From contig NC_058373.1 in assembly GCF_018350175.1 (NCBI RefSeq), positions 114,640,001 to 114,704,000 on the forward strand: DNA of 64,000 bases, in the 5' to 3' direction. Positions 63,270 to 64,000 of this stretch are shown piece by piece. Position numbers and translations under genes: made by a program. This DNA comes from Felis catus. Its lineage: Eukaryota. The notes below the pieces were generated by a model that did not search any database, was not told the origin of the DNA, and worked only from the letters and a program-made list of their open reading frames with translations. How positions within the stretch are numbered: position 1 is the first letter of the stretch; each line of letters starts with the position of its first letter.

Positions 63270-64000
63270 AAAACATTTTGGATTTTTAAAATTTTCATGA
63301 TAGAAAAAGAAAACAAAACTCTCTAGGATGGGCTGGGATACTCATGGCAAAGGAAAAACTGGTAGCACTTCTATTTATTTACTCAGACCTATGCAAGGCA
63401 GCACAGCCTCTCCTGAATTAGAGTAGCTCTAAAAAAAAAGTTTAATAAACAAGAAAATAATATCTACATCTATGCACTCAGGGACATAACCATTCTCAGC
63501 TAAGGGTCATCCCCCATTATCCAAACAGCATTATCTTTAGTGTTTGTTCTAGACATTTAAAGAATGATTTACTTTTGCCAAATAAATACTTAGTAATTTA
63601 AAATGCATGGTTATTTGTAGAATGCCTTGGGACCATTTAAAACGATGCGTCCTTACTACTCGCCATGATGATGACAGCCCAAGTCCATAAGAGAGTGGAA
63701 TCACTGAGGCAGAAATTATGGCTATGGCAAGGCCTGCTTCTACTTTGCCCTCAAGGTTAGTGTCAGAAGATGTAAGGTGCACCTCTTCCCGGCCAACACA
63801 CACATACACGCACACACATATTTCCTTAGGCAAGGTATTAAGAGCTCTGTGCCAACACAATACTTTTCAACCATGTGTTGGCAAAAACCACAGTGGTGCA
63901 AACTGAGGCATCACCTGAAATTGCTGGGCTGCTTTGAAGCCAGTAGAGGAAGAATAACAGCAACAGCTGTGGCCAATTCTCTGCCCCTGCCCACCCCCCA

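Larger units (their letters stand above)
1..64000 (-). other. DCAF5: DCAF5 transcription unit (partial). Introns of 3455, 1067, 1774, 23049 and 19829 nt between the six exons; first exon and 3' exons lie outside the window
   Basis: Six colinear minus-strand exons total 732 nt in one open frame. The start-codon exon and the exon after ...PADPEAG were not found. Confidence 0.88.

Noticed and set aside
63662..63710. C/D-box-like layout GCC-ATGATGA...CTGA-GGC
   Set aside because: Only ~43 nt from box C to box D, 3-bp stem, antisense to the host gene, and no recognisable rRNA/snRNA guide. A snoscan/Rfam hit or small-RNA reads would reopen it.
1..64000. CRISPR array, operon or other novel multi-gene system
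   Set aside because: No regularly spaced repeat-spacer structure and no dense coding. The window is explained by a spliced mammalian gene and interspersed repeats.

Overview
Mammalian genomic DNA, almost certainly from a cat-family (felid) genome, judged by abundant tRNA-Lys-derived Can-SINEs including near-identical young SINEC_Fc-type copies and carnivore-type L1 3' ends. The whole window lies inside DCAF5 (WDR22; a WD40 substrate receptor of CRL4-DDB1), transcribed on the minus strand. Six internal coding exons can be read directly, all with GT-AG boundaries: 56724-56867, 53232-53268, 52025-52164, 50121-50250, 26858-27071 and 6962-7028, probably exons 2-7. They splice into one open frame of 732 nt covering the WD40 propeller and two WDxR motifs. 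The first and last exons lie outside the window. The rest is intron: about 55 SINEs, many L1/L2/MIR fragments, MaLR and ERVL solo LTRs, hAT MITEs and microsatellites. Nearly all ORFs in the supplied track are repeat- or antisense-derived noise. I see no prokaryote-style system, CRISPR array or new protein family. The most interesting signals are splice-level: a CAGCAG tandem acceptor, a candidate alternative last exon and a candidate hairpin-masked poison exon flanking exon 6. The rest is retrotransposon history: a possible Pol III 3' transduction, serial re-use of one target site, nested insertions and young potentially polymorphic SINEs. Repeat family names come from recalled consensus sequences, and repeat boundaries are approximate unless a TSD is given.
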